Assembly (NCBI GenBank): GCA_965203485.1
Contig: OZ241892.1
Location: forward strand, 768,001-832,000
Direction of reading: 5' to 3'
DNA length: 64,000 bases
Source of the DNA: Longimicrobiales bacterium
Lineage (GTDB): Bacteria > Gemmatimonadota > Gemmatimonadetes > Longimicrobiales > Gaopeijiaceae
The position numbers were made by a program, and so were the translations under genes. Below, piece after piece: positions 46,272 through 55,582 of the stretch. A model generated the notes under the pieces. That model was not told the origin of the DNA. It made no database searches and worked only from the letters and a program-made list of their open reading frames with translations. Positions within the stretch are counted from its first letter, which is position 1. Each line of letters begins with the position of its first letter.

Positions 46272-47126
46272 ATGTCCTGGGCGAGCCGCGGCAGCCGCGG
46301 CCCATCGGCTTCCCATGCGCTTTCCGCCTCGCCCGCGCGCTCCCAGTTGCCGAGCCGCCGCATTGGGTGGTCCGGGGCGGTCGCGCTCGCCCTGGCGGCG
46401 GCGTCCTGGGGGTGCGCGCGCTCTTCCGTCGGCACGCTGGCGTTCGAAGTCGCCCGTGCGCTTCCTCACGACACGCTCGCCTACACGCAGGGCCTCCTGT
46501 TGCGCGACGGCGCCTTCTTCGAGAGCACGGGCCAGTACGGGACATCGCAGTTGCGCCAAGTCGACGTCGAGAGCGGGCAAGTCGTGCGCGCCGTCGATCT
46601 CTCGGCGGAGCACTTCGGAGAAGGACTGGCCGCGGTCGGCGACAGGCTGGTGCAGCTCACGTGGCGCGCCGGACTGGCCTTCGTGTACGACGCGGCCACG
46701 TTCGAAGTCCTCGACACGCTCAGCTACGAAGGCGAGGGCTGGGGGCTCTGCCACGACGGGGACGCCCTCTACATGTCGGACGGGAGCGCCACGCTCACCC
46801 GGCGCGACCCGGCCACCTTCGAGGTCCTGGAGCGCCTGCAGGTCACGCGCGACGGCTTCAGCTTGCGGGAGATCAACGAGCTCGAATGCGTGGGCGACCA
46901 CGTGTGGGCCAACGTGTACATGTCCAACACCATCGTCCGCATCGACAAGCGGACCGGCGAGGTCACCGGCGAACTCGACGCCCAGGGACTCTTTCTGCGG
47001 AGCACGCGCCCGGCCGACTCGGGGGCGGTTCTCAACGGGATCGCCTACGACCCGGCGAGCGGTCTCTTCTACTTGACCGGCAAGCTGTGGGCGCACATCT
47101 TCGAGGTTCGCATCTCGGACGGATGA
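46272..47126 (+). CDS. Glutaminyl-peptide cyclotransferase (bacterial/plant type)
   Basis: PHD..AYTQGL, ESTGQYG, FGEGL, QLTW, EGWGL, NELE, VLNGIAYD, TGKLW. Confidence 0.95.
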   Translation: MSWASRGSRGPSASHALSASPARSQLPSRRIGWSGAVALALAAASWGCARSSVGTLAFEVARALPHDTLAYTQGLLLRDGAFFESTGQYGTSQLRQVDVESGQVVRAVDLSAEHFGEGLAAVGDRLVQLTWRAGLAFVYDAATFEVLDTLSYEGEGWGLCHDGDALYMSDGSATLTRRDPATFEVLERLQVTRDGFSLREINELECVGDHVWANVYMSNTIVRIDKRTGEVTGELDAQGLFLRSTRPADSGAVLNGIAYDPASGLFYLTGKLWAHIFEVRISDG

Positions 47127-47215
47127 CGAACGATCGTCGGCGGGCCGGCGCGGGTGCGCGGCCGGCGGCGGAGGGGAACCGGGGGACCACCTTGTCGCAG
47201 TCCAGCGTGCTCTCG

Positions 47216-47722
47216 ATGAGCGACCCTTTGCTTGCCGCGATGAGCGAGCAGGTCGGTGCCGAGCTGGGCGCCTCCGTCCAGTACGTTCTGCTTGCCGGCT
47301 ACTTCGAGGGCCGCGGTCTTCCAGGTCTCGCGCGCTTCTTCCACGCCCAAGCCGACGAGGAGCGCGAACACGCCATGCGCTTCGTCCGGTTCGTGGTCGA
47401 CTCGGGGGCGCAGCTCCGCATCCCGGCCATCCCGGAGCAGAGGGCGGACTTCGAATCGGCCGCGGAAGCCGTCGGCCTGGCCCTGGAGTCGGAGGAGGAA
47501 GTCACTCGCCGGATATGCGCCCTGGTCGACTTGGCGAAGCGGGACCGCCACGCGATCGCGGAGCGCTTTCTGGACTGGTTCGTCAACGAGCAGCACGAAG
47601 AAGTGACGTCGATGCGGGCGTTGCTCGACGTCGTCGAACACGCGGGCGAGGACAACCTCTTGGCCGTGGAGCAGCACTTGGCGCGAGAGGGCAAGGTTCC
47701 GGGGGGGCGCTCGGCCGGATGA
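47216..47722 (+). CDS. Non-heme ferritin
   Basis: EQVGAEL.AS.QY, QADEEREHAMRF, FLDWFVNEQHEE; alternative start 47123. Confidence 0.93.
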   Translation: MSDPLLAAMSEQVGAELGASVQYVLLAGYFEGRGLPGLARFFHAQADEEREHAMRFVRFVVDSGAQLRIPAIPEQRADFESAAEAVGLALESEEEVTRRICALVDLAKRDRHAIAERFLDWFVNEQHEEVTSMRALLDVVEHAGEDNLLAVEQHLAREGKVPGGRSAG

Positions 47723-47754
47723 CGCGCGCCTCCGACTGCCTGGAGTAGGTGCGG

Positions 47755-48006
47755 GTGCCGGTCTTCGAGTACGTCTGCGGGCGGTGCGCGCACGGGTTCG
47801 AGAGGCTGGTGCGCGGAGCGGAGCCGTCGGCCTGTCCCGAATGCGGGGCCGCGGAGCCCGAGAAGGTGATTTCGGCGCCTCGCGTCAAGTCTTCGACGAC
47901 GCGGGGCAAGGCCATGCGGGCCGCCCGGCGGCGGGACGCGAAGCAGGCGCGCGACAGGATGCACGAACGAATTCGCTACGAGCGCTCCCACGACCGCCAC
48001 GGATGA
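47755..48006 (+). CDS. FmdB-family zinc-ribbon protein
   Basis: MPVFEYVC..C.H.FE......CPECG. Confidence 0.9.
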   Translation: MPVFEYVCGRCAHGFERLVRGAEPSACPECGAAEPEKVISAPRVKSSTTRGKAMRAARRRDAKQARDRMHERIRYERSHDRHG

Positions 48007-48077
48007 GCAGATCGCGCGCGAGACGGAGAATCCGTTTTCGGCCGTCGGGAGTCGCCACCATCACAAGGAGTCTGCAC

Positions 48078-48479
48078 ATGCATCGCAAACTTGGATCGCT
48101 CGTCGGCGCGCTGGCCCTTTCCCTGGCCGGTTGCTTGCCGGAGGCGACGCTGGACACCGACGCACAGAAGGTGAGCTACGGCAAGGGCCTCGAGGCCGCC
48201 CGCTCGATGGGCGGCATGGGGGACAGCCTTGACCTGGTGGCCTTCTTGGCCGGGCTGACCGACGGCCTGGACGAAGTTGAGCCTGCGGTCGCGGCCGAGG
48301 AGATCGAGGCTGCCGCAGCCCGCTTCTTCGACGGCGCGGGCCGGACGGAGGACGCGGGCGGAGCTGGAGAGAGCGCGGACGGGACGGAGGACGCGGCCGA
48401 GCAAGAGGCCCAGGGCGAGCACGAAGGCAGGAACGCCGGTCAGGCCGCCGACACGACCGGAAGCGCGCCGGAAGGCTAG
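48078..48479 (+). CDS. Lipoprotein with only the FKBP N-terminal (dimerisation) domain
   Basis: AAGGAG RBS, LAGC lipobox, L.T..QKVSY..G......LD...F..G..D; no PPIase domain follows. Confidence 0.75.
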   Translation: MHRKLGSLVGALALSLAGCLPEATLDTDAQKVSYGKGLEAARSMGGMGDSLDLVAFLAGLTDGLDEVEPAVAAEEIEAAAARFFDGAGRTEDAGGAGESADGTEDAAEQEAQGEHEGRNAGQAADTTGSAPEG

Positions 48480-49792
48480 GCTCGCAGCCGCCGCGCAACA
48501 TGCAGGAACAGGTTGGCCGCGGTCCTTCCCCCTAGGAACGCCAGCGCGGCCGTCGCCGCGCCGGTGAGTGCGCCGTACTGGTCGACCACGAAGAAGATCG
48601 AGGCGACGGCCGTGAGCTCGAGGGCCGTTGCGCTCGTGATCGTGATCGTCCGGCGATCCAGCACCTGCTTGGCCCGCTGGCACGACAGCCAGACGGAGAG
48701 CGCCGGCAGCGGCACGAGGATCATCGTGGGCGCGCGGGCGTGGGCGGCGAGTTCGGGCGCCAGCCCGGACACGCGTTCGAACCAGAGGCCGAAGAGGGGC
48801 GTGAACGCGGCCAGGGCCAGACCTGCCGCCGAGGCCGCGGCAAGCAGGGCGCCGAACCGGTCCAGGGCCGCGAAGTTGCGCCGGTCCGCGCTTCCCAGAG
48901 CGATCACCGCCTCTTGGTAGCTGAGCCCCACGGCGCGGAACAGGAAGGCCAGCGCGTGGACCACCGGAAAGACGGCCAGCGACTCCAAGGGGGCCCGCCC
49001 GCGGGTCATGAAGAAGGTGGCCAGCGGTTGGGTGGCCAAGTTCATCATCGCGGTGAGCGCCAGCGGATAGTAGAAGGCGAAGATCCCCCGCCAGCCCAGC
49101 TGGGGGCCCGGGCCGGACGGCTCGGCGAGAAAGCGCCGGATGACGCGCCCCGCCATGACGCGGGCGGCCGCCGCTTCGACGCACACGGCCGCCACTAGGG
49201 CGGCGGCGCCCGCCCACGCTCCCGGGGCCACGGGGAAGGTCGCCGTCAGCGCCACGACGGCGGACAGCGTTGCCAGCCTGAGGACGGTGCCCGCCGCCAC
49301 TTGGCGGGTCTTGCCGGAGCGAATCATGACGCCGTGCACGAAGCGGCGGTAGCCGATCGCCGCGGCCCACGGCAAATAGATCCACAGCGCGCCGTGGACC
49401 AGCCGAGCGATCTCGGGCGGCAGCTTCAGCAGCCCCAGGGCCATCGCGTCGAACACCGGCGGAACCAGCATCAAGCAGAGGAGGCCCGTGGCGAAGGCGT
49501 TCACGGCGGCGCTGAAGCGGCGAAGCCGGCGGTAGCTGCCGCCGTCCTGCACCAGGGCCGTCGCGGCGCTCATCAGCATCATGACGGGCGCCTCGACCAG
49601 GATCGCGATCGCGAACGCGACCCCGTGCGCCGCCAAGTTGATCGCGGGATCGGGCATGCGCGCGATCGCGGCGGCCAAGATCGGTCCCTCCAAGGCCATC
49701 ATGATCCACGTGGCCGCCAACGGGTGCCAAAAGCGGGCGATGCTCCGGCCGGAGAGAGGCACCCCTGCCGCTGGGCCGGCGCCTGAGTTCAT
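48476..49792 (-). CDS. MOP/MATE-fold, ANKH-like 12-TM membrane protein
   Basis: Two homologous halves (FWHPLAATW / FYYPLALTA), E.P..MLM.A..AL; about 12 TMs. Confidence 0.7.
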   Translation of the reverse strand: MNSGAGPAAGVPLSGRSIARFWHPLAATWIMMALEGPILAAAIARMPDPAINLAAHGVAFAIAILVEAPVMMLMSAATALVQDGGSYRRLRRFSAAVNAFATGLLCLMLVPPVFDAMALGLLKLPPEIARLVHGALWIYLPWAAAIGYRRFVHGVMIRSGKTRQVAAGTVLRLATLSAVVALTATFPVAPGAWAGAAALVAAVCVEAAAARVMAGRVIRRFLAEPSGPGPQLGWRGIFAFYYPLALTAMMNLATQPLATFFMTRGRAPLESLAVFPVVHALAFLFRAVGLSYQEAVIALGSADRRNFAALDRFGALLAAASAAGLALAAFTPLFGLWFERVSGLAPELAAHARAPTMILVPLPALSVWLSCQRAKQVLDRRTITITSATALELTAVASIFFVVDQYGALTGAATAALAFLGGRTAANLFLHVARRLRA

Positions 49793-50032
49793 TGGGGCCT
49801 GCCCTGTGACGGCAAGAGGGGCGGTTGGCGGGGGAGGGGGGCGGGATTGCCTGGGCGCTTCGCTTCGCCGCAACGAGGGCCACCCGGGTCGCGGCCCCGT
49901 CGGCTGGAGGGCGGCCGGGCGCCGAGCGGATGCGGACAAGAGACGAGACGGCGCTCGCCTGCCCGGAGCCCCGCCTTCGTTGTAACTTACGCCCGTGGCC
50001 GCACTCCGCCTCCGCCTCTCCGAGCGTCCGCC

Positions 50033-51064
50033 GTGATCGACCTGCGAAGCGACACCGTCACAAAGCCCAGTCCAGCCATGCGGGATGCCATGGCGCGCGC
50101 GCCCGTGGGCGACGACGTCTACGGCGACGATCCCACGGTTCGCCGACTCGAGTCGAGAACGGCCGAGGTGCTTGGCAAGGAGGCCGCCGTCTACGTGCCT
50201 ACCGGCACGATGGCGAACCAAGCATCGATTCGGGCGCACACCCAGGCGGGCGACCGCGTGATGATGGACTGGGGAACCCATTCCGTGCGCTCGGAGGGGG
50301 GCGGCCCGGCCGCGCTCTCGGGCGTGACGGCCGACCGGATTCGCGGCGCGAGGGGCGTGTTCACCGCCGACCAGCTCGAATCGGCCGTGGGCGTCGTGCG
50401 CGAGAGCGACTTCTGCACGCCGAGGCCTACGCTCGTGTGCGTCGAGAACACCCACAACGCGGGCGGTGGCGCGGTCTGGCCGGTGGACGTCCTCGACGAG
50501 GTTGTCGCTGCAGCCCGATCGATGGGTCTCGCCACGCACCTCGACGGCGCCCGGCTCTGGAACGCGACCGCGGCGACTGGAATTGCGGCGTCGCGCTGGG
50601 CAGCCGGGTTCGACAGCGTGTCCGTCTGCTTCTCCAAGGGCCTGGGCGCGCCCATGGGATCGGCGGTCGCCGGGTCGCGGGACTTCGCGCGGCGCGTTCG
50701 CAGGTTCAAGCAGCTCTTCGGCGGCGGCTTTCGCCAAGCCGGAATAGTCGCCGCGGGCGCGTTGCACGCGCTGGAGCATCACCGCGGCGGCCTGGGGGCG
50801 GACCACGACAAGGCGGGCGTGCTGGCCCGGGGGCTTGCAACGCTTTCCGGCGTGGCCGTCGGGCCGGTCGAGACCAACATCGTGCGCTTCGATGTGGATG
50901 CGCCCGCCCGCGACTTCGTGGCCGCTTGCCGCGACGGGGGCGTGTCCATGCTCGACACGGGACCGCGCCAAGTGCGCGCGGTAACGCACCGGGACGTGTC
51001 GGCGGCGGATATTGAACGGGCGTCCGAAGTCATCGCCTGCACGTGGAAGCGCCTGCAGGCGTGA
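50033..51064 (+). CDS. ltaE: Low-specificity L-threonine aldolase
   Basis: IDLRSDTVTKP, GDDVYGDDPTV, GTMANQ, ENTHN, HLDGARL, CFSKGLGAP, GGGFRQAG. Confidence 0.95.
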   Translation: MIDLRSDTVTKPSPAMRDAMARAPVGDDVYGDDPTVRRLESRTAEVLGKEAAVYVPTGTMANQASIRAHTQAGDRVMMDWGTHSVRSEGGGPAALSGVTADRIRGARGVFTADQLESAVGVVRESDFCTPRPTLVCVENTHNAGGGAVWPVDVLDEVVAAARSMGLATHLDGARLWNATAATGIAASRWAAGFDSVSVCFSKGLGAPMGSAVAGSRDFARRVRRFKQLFGGGFRQAGIVAAGALHALEHHRGGLGADHDKAGVLARGLATLSGVAVGPVETNIVRFDVDAPARDFVAACRDGGVSMLDTGPRQVRAVTHRDVSAADIERASEVIACTWKRLQA

Positions 51065-52008
51065 GACGCCGGACTCGCTGGGCGCTGGTGGTCGGAGCGG
51101 GGATCGTCGTGGTTGCCGCAACCGCGTTCAGCGTGTTCCGCAAGGACCTTGCCCGGACCCGCCGGACGCTGGCAACGCTCGAAGAGGTGTCGAACGTCCT
51201 TGGGGCGGAGCTGCTCATGGAGTTGCCCGGCAAGCTTCGCGAGAGTTCGGGCGTGGCCGTCAGCGTACGCAACGACGGGCTCTTCTGGACGCACAACGAC
51301 TCGGGCGACGACGCCGTCCTCTACGCCCTGAGGCCGGAGGACGGGTTCGTCGGAGAAGTCCGCTTGACGGGCGCGGAGGCGGAGGACTGGGAGGACATCG
51401 CGACGGGTCCCTGCATCCGCGATGCCTCTGCGCCGTGCGTCTACATTGGCGACATCGGCACCAACACCAGGAGGCGGAGCCGCCTGGGACTTCTGGTCTT
51501 GGAGGAGCCCCGGATCGACGAAGCCGGGGCGTTGCCGACCGAGGTTCCATGGACGGCACTCGCGTTGAGCTACCAGGGCGGCCCTCGGAACGCCGAGGCG
51601 CTCGCCGTCTCCCAGGGCGGCGACCTGCTGATCGTGGACAGGCACGGCACCGTCTTTCGCGCGTTGCGCCGCGAACTGGAAGCGGGCGTGGAAGGAGGAC
51701 TGGTGGTCTTGCGCCCGAACGGGACCCTGCCGTTGCCGCCGGAGCCTCCGGGCAACTATCGGGGCGCCGTTTCGGCTGCGACCATGCGTGGCGCCGTGCT
51801 CGTGGTGAGGACGTACTCCGGGGTCTTCTTCTTCGAGCGGGCCGAGCCCGACTGGCGCACCGTGCGCCAGCCCTGCTGGGTCGGCCACCTCGGGCCGGCC
51901 GGCGAAGGACTGGACGTGGCGCCTCCCGACATCCTGTACTTGACGCGGGAGCGCAAGTTCGGCTTCGATCGTCCCGCGGCCCTGCACAAGGTGGCCTGCG
52001 CTCCGTGA
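51061..52008 (+). CDS. Membrane-anchored beta-propeller hypothetical protein
   Basis: N-terminal TM, ESSG, WTHNDSG, DWEDIA, YIGDIG.N, NAEAL. Confidence 0.75.
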   Translation: MRRRTRWALVVGAGIVVVAATAFSVFRKDLARTRRTLATLEEVSNVLGAELLMELPGKLRESSGVAVSVRNDGLFWTHNDSGDDAVLYALRPEDGFVGEVRLTGAEAEDWEDIATGPCIRDASAPCVYIGDIGTNTRRRSRLGLLVLEEPRIDEAGALPTEVPWTALALSYQGGPRNAEALAVSQGGDLLIVDRHGTVFRALRRELEAGVEGGLVVLRPNGTLPLPPEPPGNYRGAVSAATMRGAVLVVRTYSGVFFFERAEPDWRTVRQPCWVGHLGPAGEGLDVAPPDILYLTRERKFGFDRPAALHKVACAP

Positions 52009-52187
52009 CGCTGCCAAGCGTCCGGCGCCCCCGCGCGCCAAGCTAGGCCGGCGCGGATCTCGGCGCGGCGGGTCCGGCTTCCCAAGCCCCACAATCCCAC
52101 GAGTCCCGCCCAGGCGTCCTGGACGGGAACGCGGGACCTTTGGACGGATGCCGCCTGCCCCGGCGAATCCAACAGGGTCCTTGAAAA

Positions 52188-52209
52188 AAAGTTAGGCTTG
52201 CCTAACTTT
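52188..52209. promoter_or_regulatory. DtxR/MntR-type operator palindrome
   Basis: AAAGTTAGGC-TT-GCCTAACTTT lying between TTGAAA (52181) and TAACTT, directly upstream of a DtxR-family gene. Confidence 0.88.
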
Positions 52210-52255
52210 GTGGACCTGAGCCGAGGCCGAACCGAGCGCGTCGCGGAGCGTCCCG

Positions 52256-53281
52256 ATGTCCGATCCAGCTGTCAATCTGGTCGTGTTCGCAGCGCTTGCG
52301 CTGGCGTGCGCCGCCTTGTTGCGGCCCGGATCGCGGCTGGCGGAGCGGATTGGGAGACTCTGGCGAACGAGCGAGCGAGTCCGGGTCGAGGACGTGCTGA
52401 AGCAGGTGTACAAGCTGGAGCAAGAAGAAGGGGCGGCGACGGCGGCGAGCGTGGCCGCTGGGACCGGCATGCGCCGCCAGCTCGCGGCGCGCCTGCTGGG
52501 GATGCTGGAAGACAAGGGGCTTGCGGCGTCGCGCGACTTCGGGTTCCGCATGACGCCGGCGGGTCGGGCCTACGCCTTGCGCGTCGTGCGCGCGCACCGG
52601 CTGTGGGAGCGGTTCCTGGCCGACCGGACGGGAGTTCGGCCCGAGGACTGGCACGACGAGGCCGAGGCTCACGAGCACGAGCTCACGGCGGCGGAGGCCG
52701 ACGAACTCGCCGCGGCCTTGGGCAACCCGGCGTACGATCCTCACGGCGACCCCATCCCCAGCGCGGCTGGAGACGTGCCCGACAGCTCGGGAGTTCCGCT
52801 GTCCGGGCTGAAACCCGGCCAGCACGCCGTCGTGACGCATGTGGAAGACGAGCCTCGCGAGGTCTACCACGAGCTGGTTGCGCTCGGCCTCGGCCCGGAG
52901 GTCGCCGTCGAGCGCCTGGACGGGCCGGCGGGCGCGGTGCGGCTTCGCGTCGACGGCGCCGTGCGCGACCTGGAGGCCCCAACCGCCGCGAACGTGGCCG
53001 TGCGCGTGCGCGCGGATGGGCACGCCTCGTCGTGGACGGCGACGCTGGCGGAACTTCCGGCGGGTTGCGCGGCCGTGGTGGCCGGACTGTCGCCGCTGTG
53101 CCGGGGTCCTGCGCGCAGGCGGCTCCTCGACCTGGGAATCGTGCCTGGGACGAACGTGGCCGCCCGGTTGCGCGCGCCCGGCGGCGGTCCCGTCGCGTAC
53201 GACGTGCGAGGCGCGCTCATCGCGTTGCGCCGCGACCAGGCGGAGTTCGTCCATGTGGAAGCCGCAGGAGGGAGTCCATGA
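52256..53281 (+). CDS. DtxR/MntR-family metal-dependent repressor with N-terminal TM helix and two FeoA domains
   Basis: ED.LK.VY, VVRAHRLWERFL, H.EAE..EH, LGNP.YDPHGDPIP, RRRLLDLGIVPG...P.AYDVRGA.IALR. Confidence 0.92.
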   Translation: MSDPAVNLVVFAALALACAALLRPGSRLAERIGRLWRTSERVRVEDVLKQVYKLEQEEGAATAASVAAGTGMRRQLAARLLGMLEDKGLAASRDFGFRMTPAGRAYALRVVRAHRLWERFLADRTGVRPEDWHDEAEAHEHELTAAEADELAAALGNPAYDPHGDPIPSAAGDVPDSSGVPLSGLKPGQHAVVTHVEDEPREVYHELVALGLGPEVAVERLDGPAGAVRLRVDGAVRDLEAPTAANVAVRVRADGHASSWTATLAELPAGCAAVVAGLSPLCRGPARRRLLDLGIVPGTNVAARLRAPGGGPVAYDVRGALIALRRDQAEFVHVEAAGGSP

Positions 53282-55458
53282 CGAGCCAGGCCGCCCGCGC
53301 GCCCGCCGCGCCCGCGAGCCATTTGGTGAGGCTGGGGCTCGATCCGCGCAAGTGGGACTGTCTCGTTGCGCTCGCGGGGAACCCGAACGTCGGCAAGACC
53401 ACGGTCTTCAACGCGCTGACGGGCCTCCGCCAGCACACGGGAAACTGGCCCGGCAAGACCGTGACCCGGGCCGAAGGCGTGTTCGCGCACCGCGGCCGGC
53501 GGGTCAAGGTGGTGGACTTGCCGGGTGCCTACTCGCTGCGGGCGGGCAGCGTGGACGAGGAGGTGGCGCGCGACTTCGTGTTGTTCGGCAGGCCCGACGT
53601 GACGGTCGTGGTCGTCGACGCGGCGCGGCTGGAGCGCAACCTGGGGCTGGCGTTGCAGGTCCTCGAGATAACGGACCGCATGGTCGTGTGCCTCAACTTG
53701 GTCGACGAGGCGCAACGGCACGGTGTTTCGGTGGACGTTGCGCGCCTCGAGAAGGAACTTGGCGTCCCGGTCGTCCCGGCGGTTGCCCGGCGGAGCGAGG
53801 GGATCGGCGCGTTGCTCGACGAGGTCGCCGCCGTGGCCTCGGGCGAGGCGCGCACCCGCCCGCGCCGTTCAGCGCCCCTCCCGCCGGAGATCGACGACGC
53901 CGTAGACGCGCTTCGCGAGGTCGTCGAGGAGGAGTGCCCGGACCTGCCCAACGCGCGCTGGGTGGCGTTGCGGCTGCTCCATGCCGACGAGAGCGTCGCG
54001 GCCGCGCTCCGGTCGGGCGAGATCGCTGGTGCGCCGGGGCCGGCGGGCGCGGAGCGGATCCTGCGGGCGGCCACTCGACGGCGCTGGTCGGCGGGTCCGG
54101 GACTCGGCGACGCGATGGCGGAATCGCTGTACCGCGAAGCGGCCCAAGTCGCGGGCAAGTGCGTCGCGCGCACCGGCCGGGGACCGAGACGCTTCGAGCG
54201 CGCGCTGGACCGCTGGCTCACGAGTCCCGCGACCGGCTTTCCGATCATGCTGGGCGTGCTTGCAGTGGTTTTTTGGATGACGATCGCGGGGGCCAACGTT
54301 CCTTCCGCCATGCTGGCCACGGCGCTGATCGACCGGTTGCATCCCGCGCTCTTGGACTTCGGCGCGTCTGCGGGCATGCCATGGTGGGCGAGCGGGTTCC
54401 TCTTCGACGGAGTCTATCTCGCCACGGCGTGGGTGGTGAGCGTGATGCTTCCGCCAATGGCCATTTTCTTCCCCCTCTTCACGTTGCTGGAGGACTTCGG
54501 CTACTTGCCCAGAGTCGCGTTCAACCTGGACTCCCTCTTTCGCCGGGCGGGCGCCCACGGCAAGCAGGCGCTGACGATGGCCATGGGCTTCGGTTGCAAC
54601 GCGGCGGGCGTCGTGGCGGCGCGCATAATCGACAGTCCGAGGGAACGCCTCATCGCGATCATCACCAACAACTTTTCTCTGTGCAACGGGCGATGGCCCA
54701 CTCAGATACTGATCGCCACCATCTTCATAGGCGCCCTGGCGCCGCCCGCGTTCGCGGGCTTGGTGTCGGCCGCTGCCGTGGTCGCGATCGCGCTGCTAGG
54801 CGTCGGATTCATGCTGGGCGCGTCCTGGCTGCTTTCCAACACGGCGCTCAGGGGCGAGGCGTCCACTTTCTCGCTGGAGCTGCCGCCGTACCGGACGCCG
54901 CGCGTATTGCAGACGCTGTACACGTCGGTCGTGGACCGCACGTTGATCGTATTGTGGCGCGCAGTGCTGTTCGCGATGCCGGCGGGCGCCGTCATCTGGT
55001 TGCTCTCCAACGTCTCGTTCGCGGGCGTGTCGCTTGCGGAGCATGCCATGGCGGGCCTCGACCCGTTCGGCGTGCTCCTCGGGCTCAACGGCGTGATCCT
55101 GCTCGCCTACGTGATAGCCATACCCGCCAACGAGATCGTCGTTCCCACGGTCCTGATGCTCACCGTGCTTGCGCTGGGCGACCCCGCGCTCGGGGCGGGC
55201 GCGGGCGTGATGTTCGAGCTCGATTCGGCGGGCGAGGTGGCCGGCCTGCTGGAAGCCGGCGGCTGGACCGTCTTGACCGGAGCGAACCTCATGCTGTTCA
55301 GCTTGCTCCACAATCCGTGCTCGACGACGCTGTACACGATCTACAAGGAAACCGGCAGCCTGCGGTGGACGGCCGTGTCGGCGCTGTTGCCGCTCGCGGC
55401 CGGCTTCGCCGCCTGCTTCGTCGTGGCGCAGGTCTGGCGCTTGGCCGGGAGCGGGTAG
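53278..55458 (+). CDS. feoB: Ferrous iron/metal transporter FeoB
   Basis: GNPNVGKT, GNWPGKTV, DLPGAYSL, LEDFGYLPR, MGFGCNA, ELPPYR, H.PC. Confidence 0.95.
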   Translation: MTSQAARAPAAPASHLVRLGLDPRKWDCLVALAGNPNVGKTTVFNALTGLRQHTGNWPGKTVTRAEGVFAHRGRRVKVVDLPGAYSLRAGSVDEEVARDFVLFGRPDVTVVVVDAARLERNLGLALQVLEITDRMVVCLNLVDEAQRHGVSVDVARLEKELGVPVVPAVARRSEGIGALLDEVAAVASGEARTRPRRSAPLPPEIDDAVDALREVVEEECPDLPNARWVALRLLHADESVAAALRSGEIAGAPGPAGAERILRAATRRRWSAGPGLGDAMAESLYREAAQVAGKCVARTGRGPRRFERALDRWLTSPATGFPIMLGVLAVVFWMTIAGANVPSAMLATALIDRLHPALLDFGASAGMPWWASGFLFDGVYLATAWVVSVMLPPMAIFFPLFTLLEDFGYLPRVAFNLDSLFRRAGAHGKQALTMAMGFGCNAAGVVAARIIDSPRERLIAIITNNFSLCNGRWPTQILIATIFIGALAPPAFAGLVSAAAVVAIALLGVGFMLGASWLLSNTALRGEASTFSLELPPYRTPRVLQTLYTSVVDRTLIVLWRAVLFAMPAGAVIWLLSNVSFAGVSLAEHAMAGLDPFGVLLGLNGVILLAYVIAIPANEIVVPTVLMLTVLALGDPALGAGAGVMFELDSAGEVAGLLEAGGWTVLTGANLMLFSLLHNPCSTTLYTIYKETGSLRWTAVSALLPLAAGFAACFVVAQVWRLAGSG

Positions 55459-55582
55459 CGCCCGGCGAAGACTTCGGCATCCCGCCGGGCCGTCGCGCCG
55501 CCGAGACGCTCCGGAGGGTCGGCCTGGACGCCCCCCACGTCGAGAGGGCCGACCGAGCGGAGCGCGGCCCCCGGGGGCCGGG

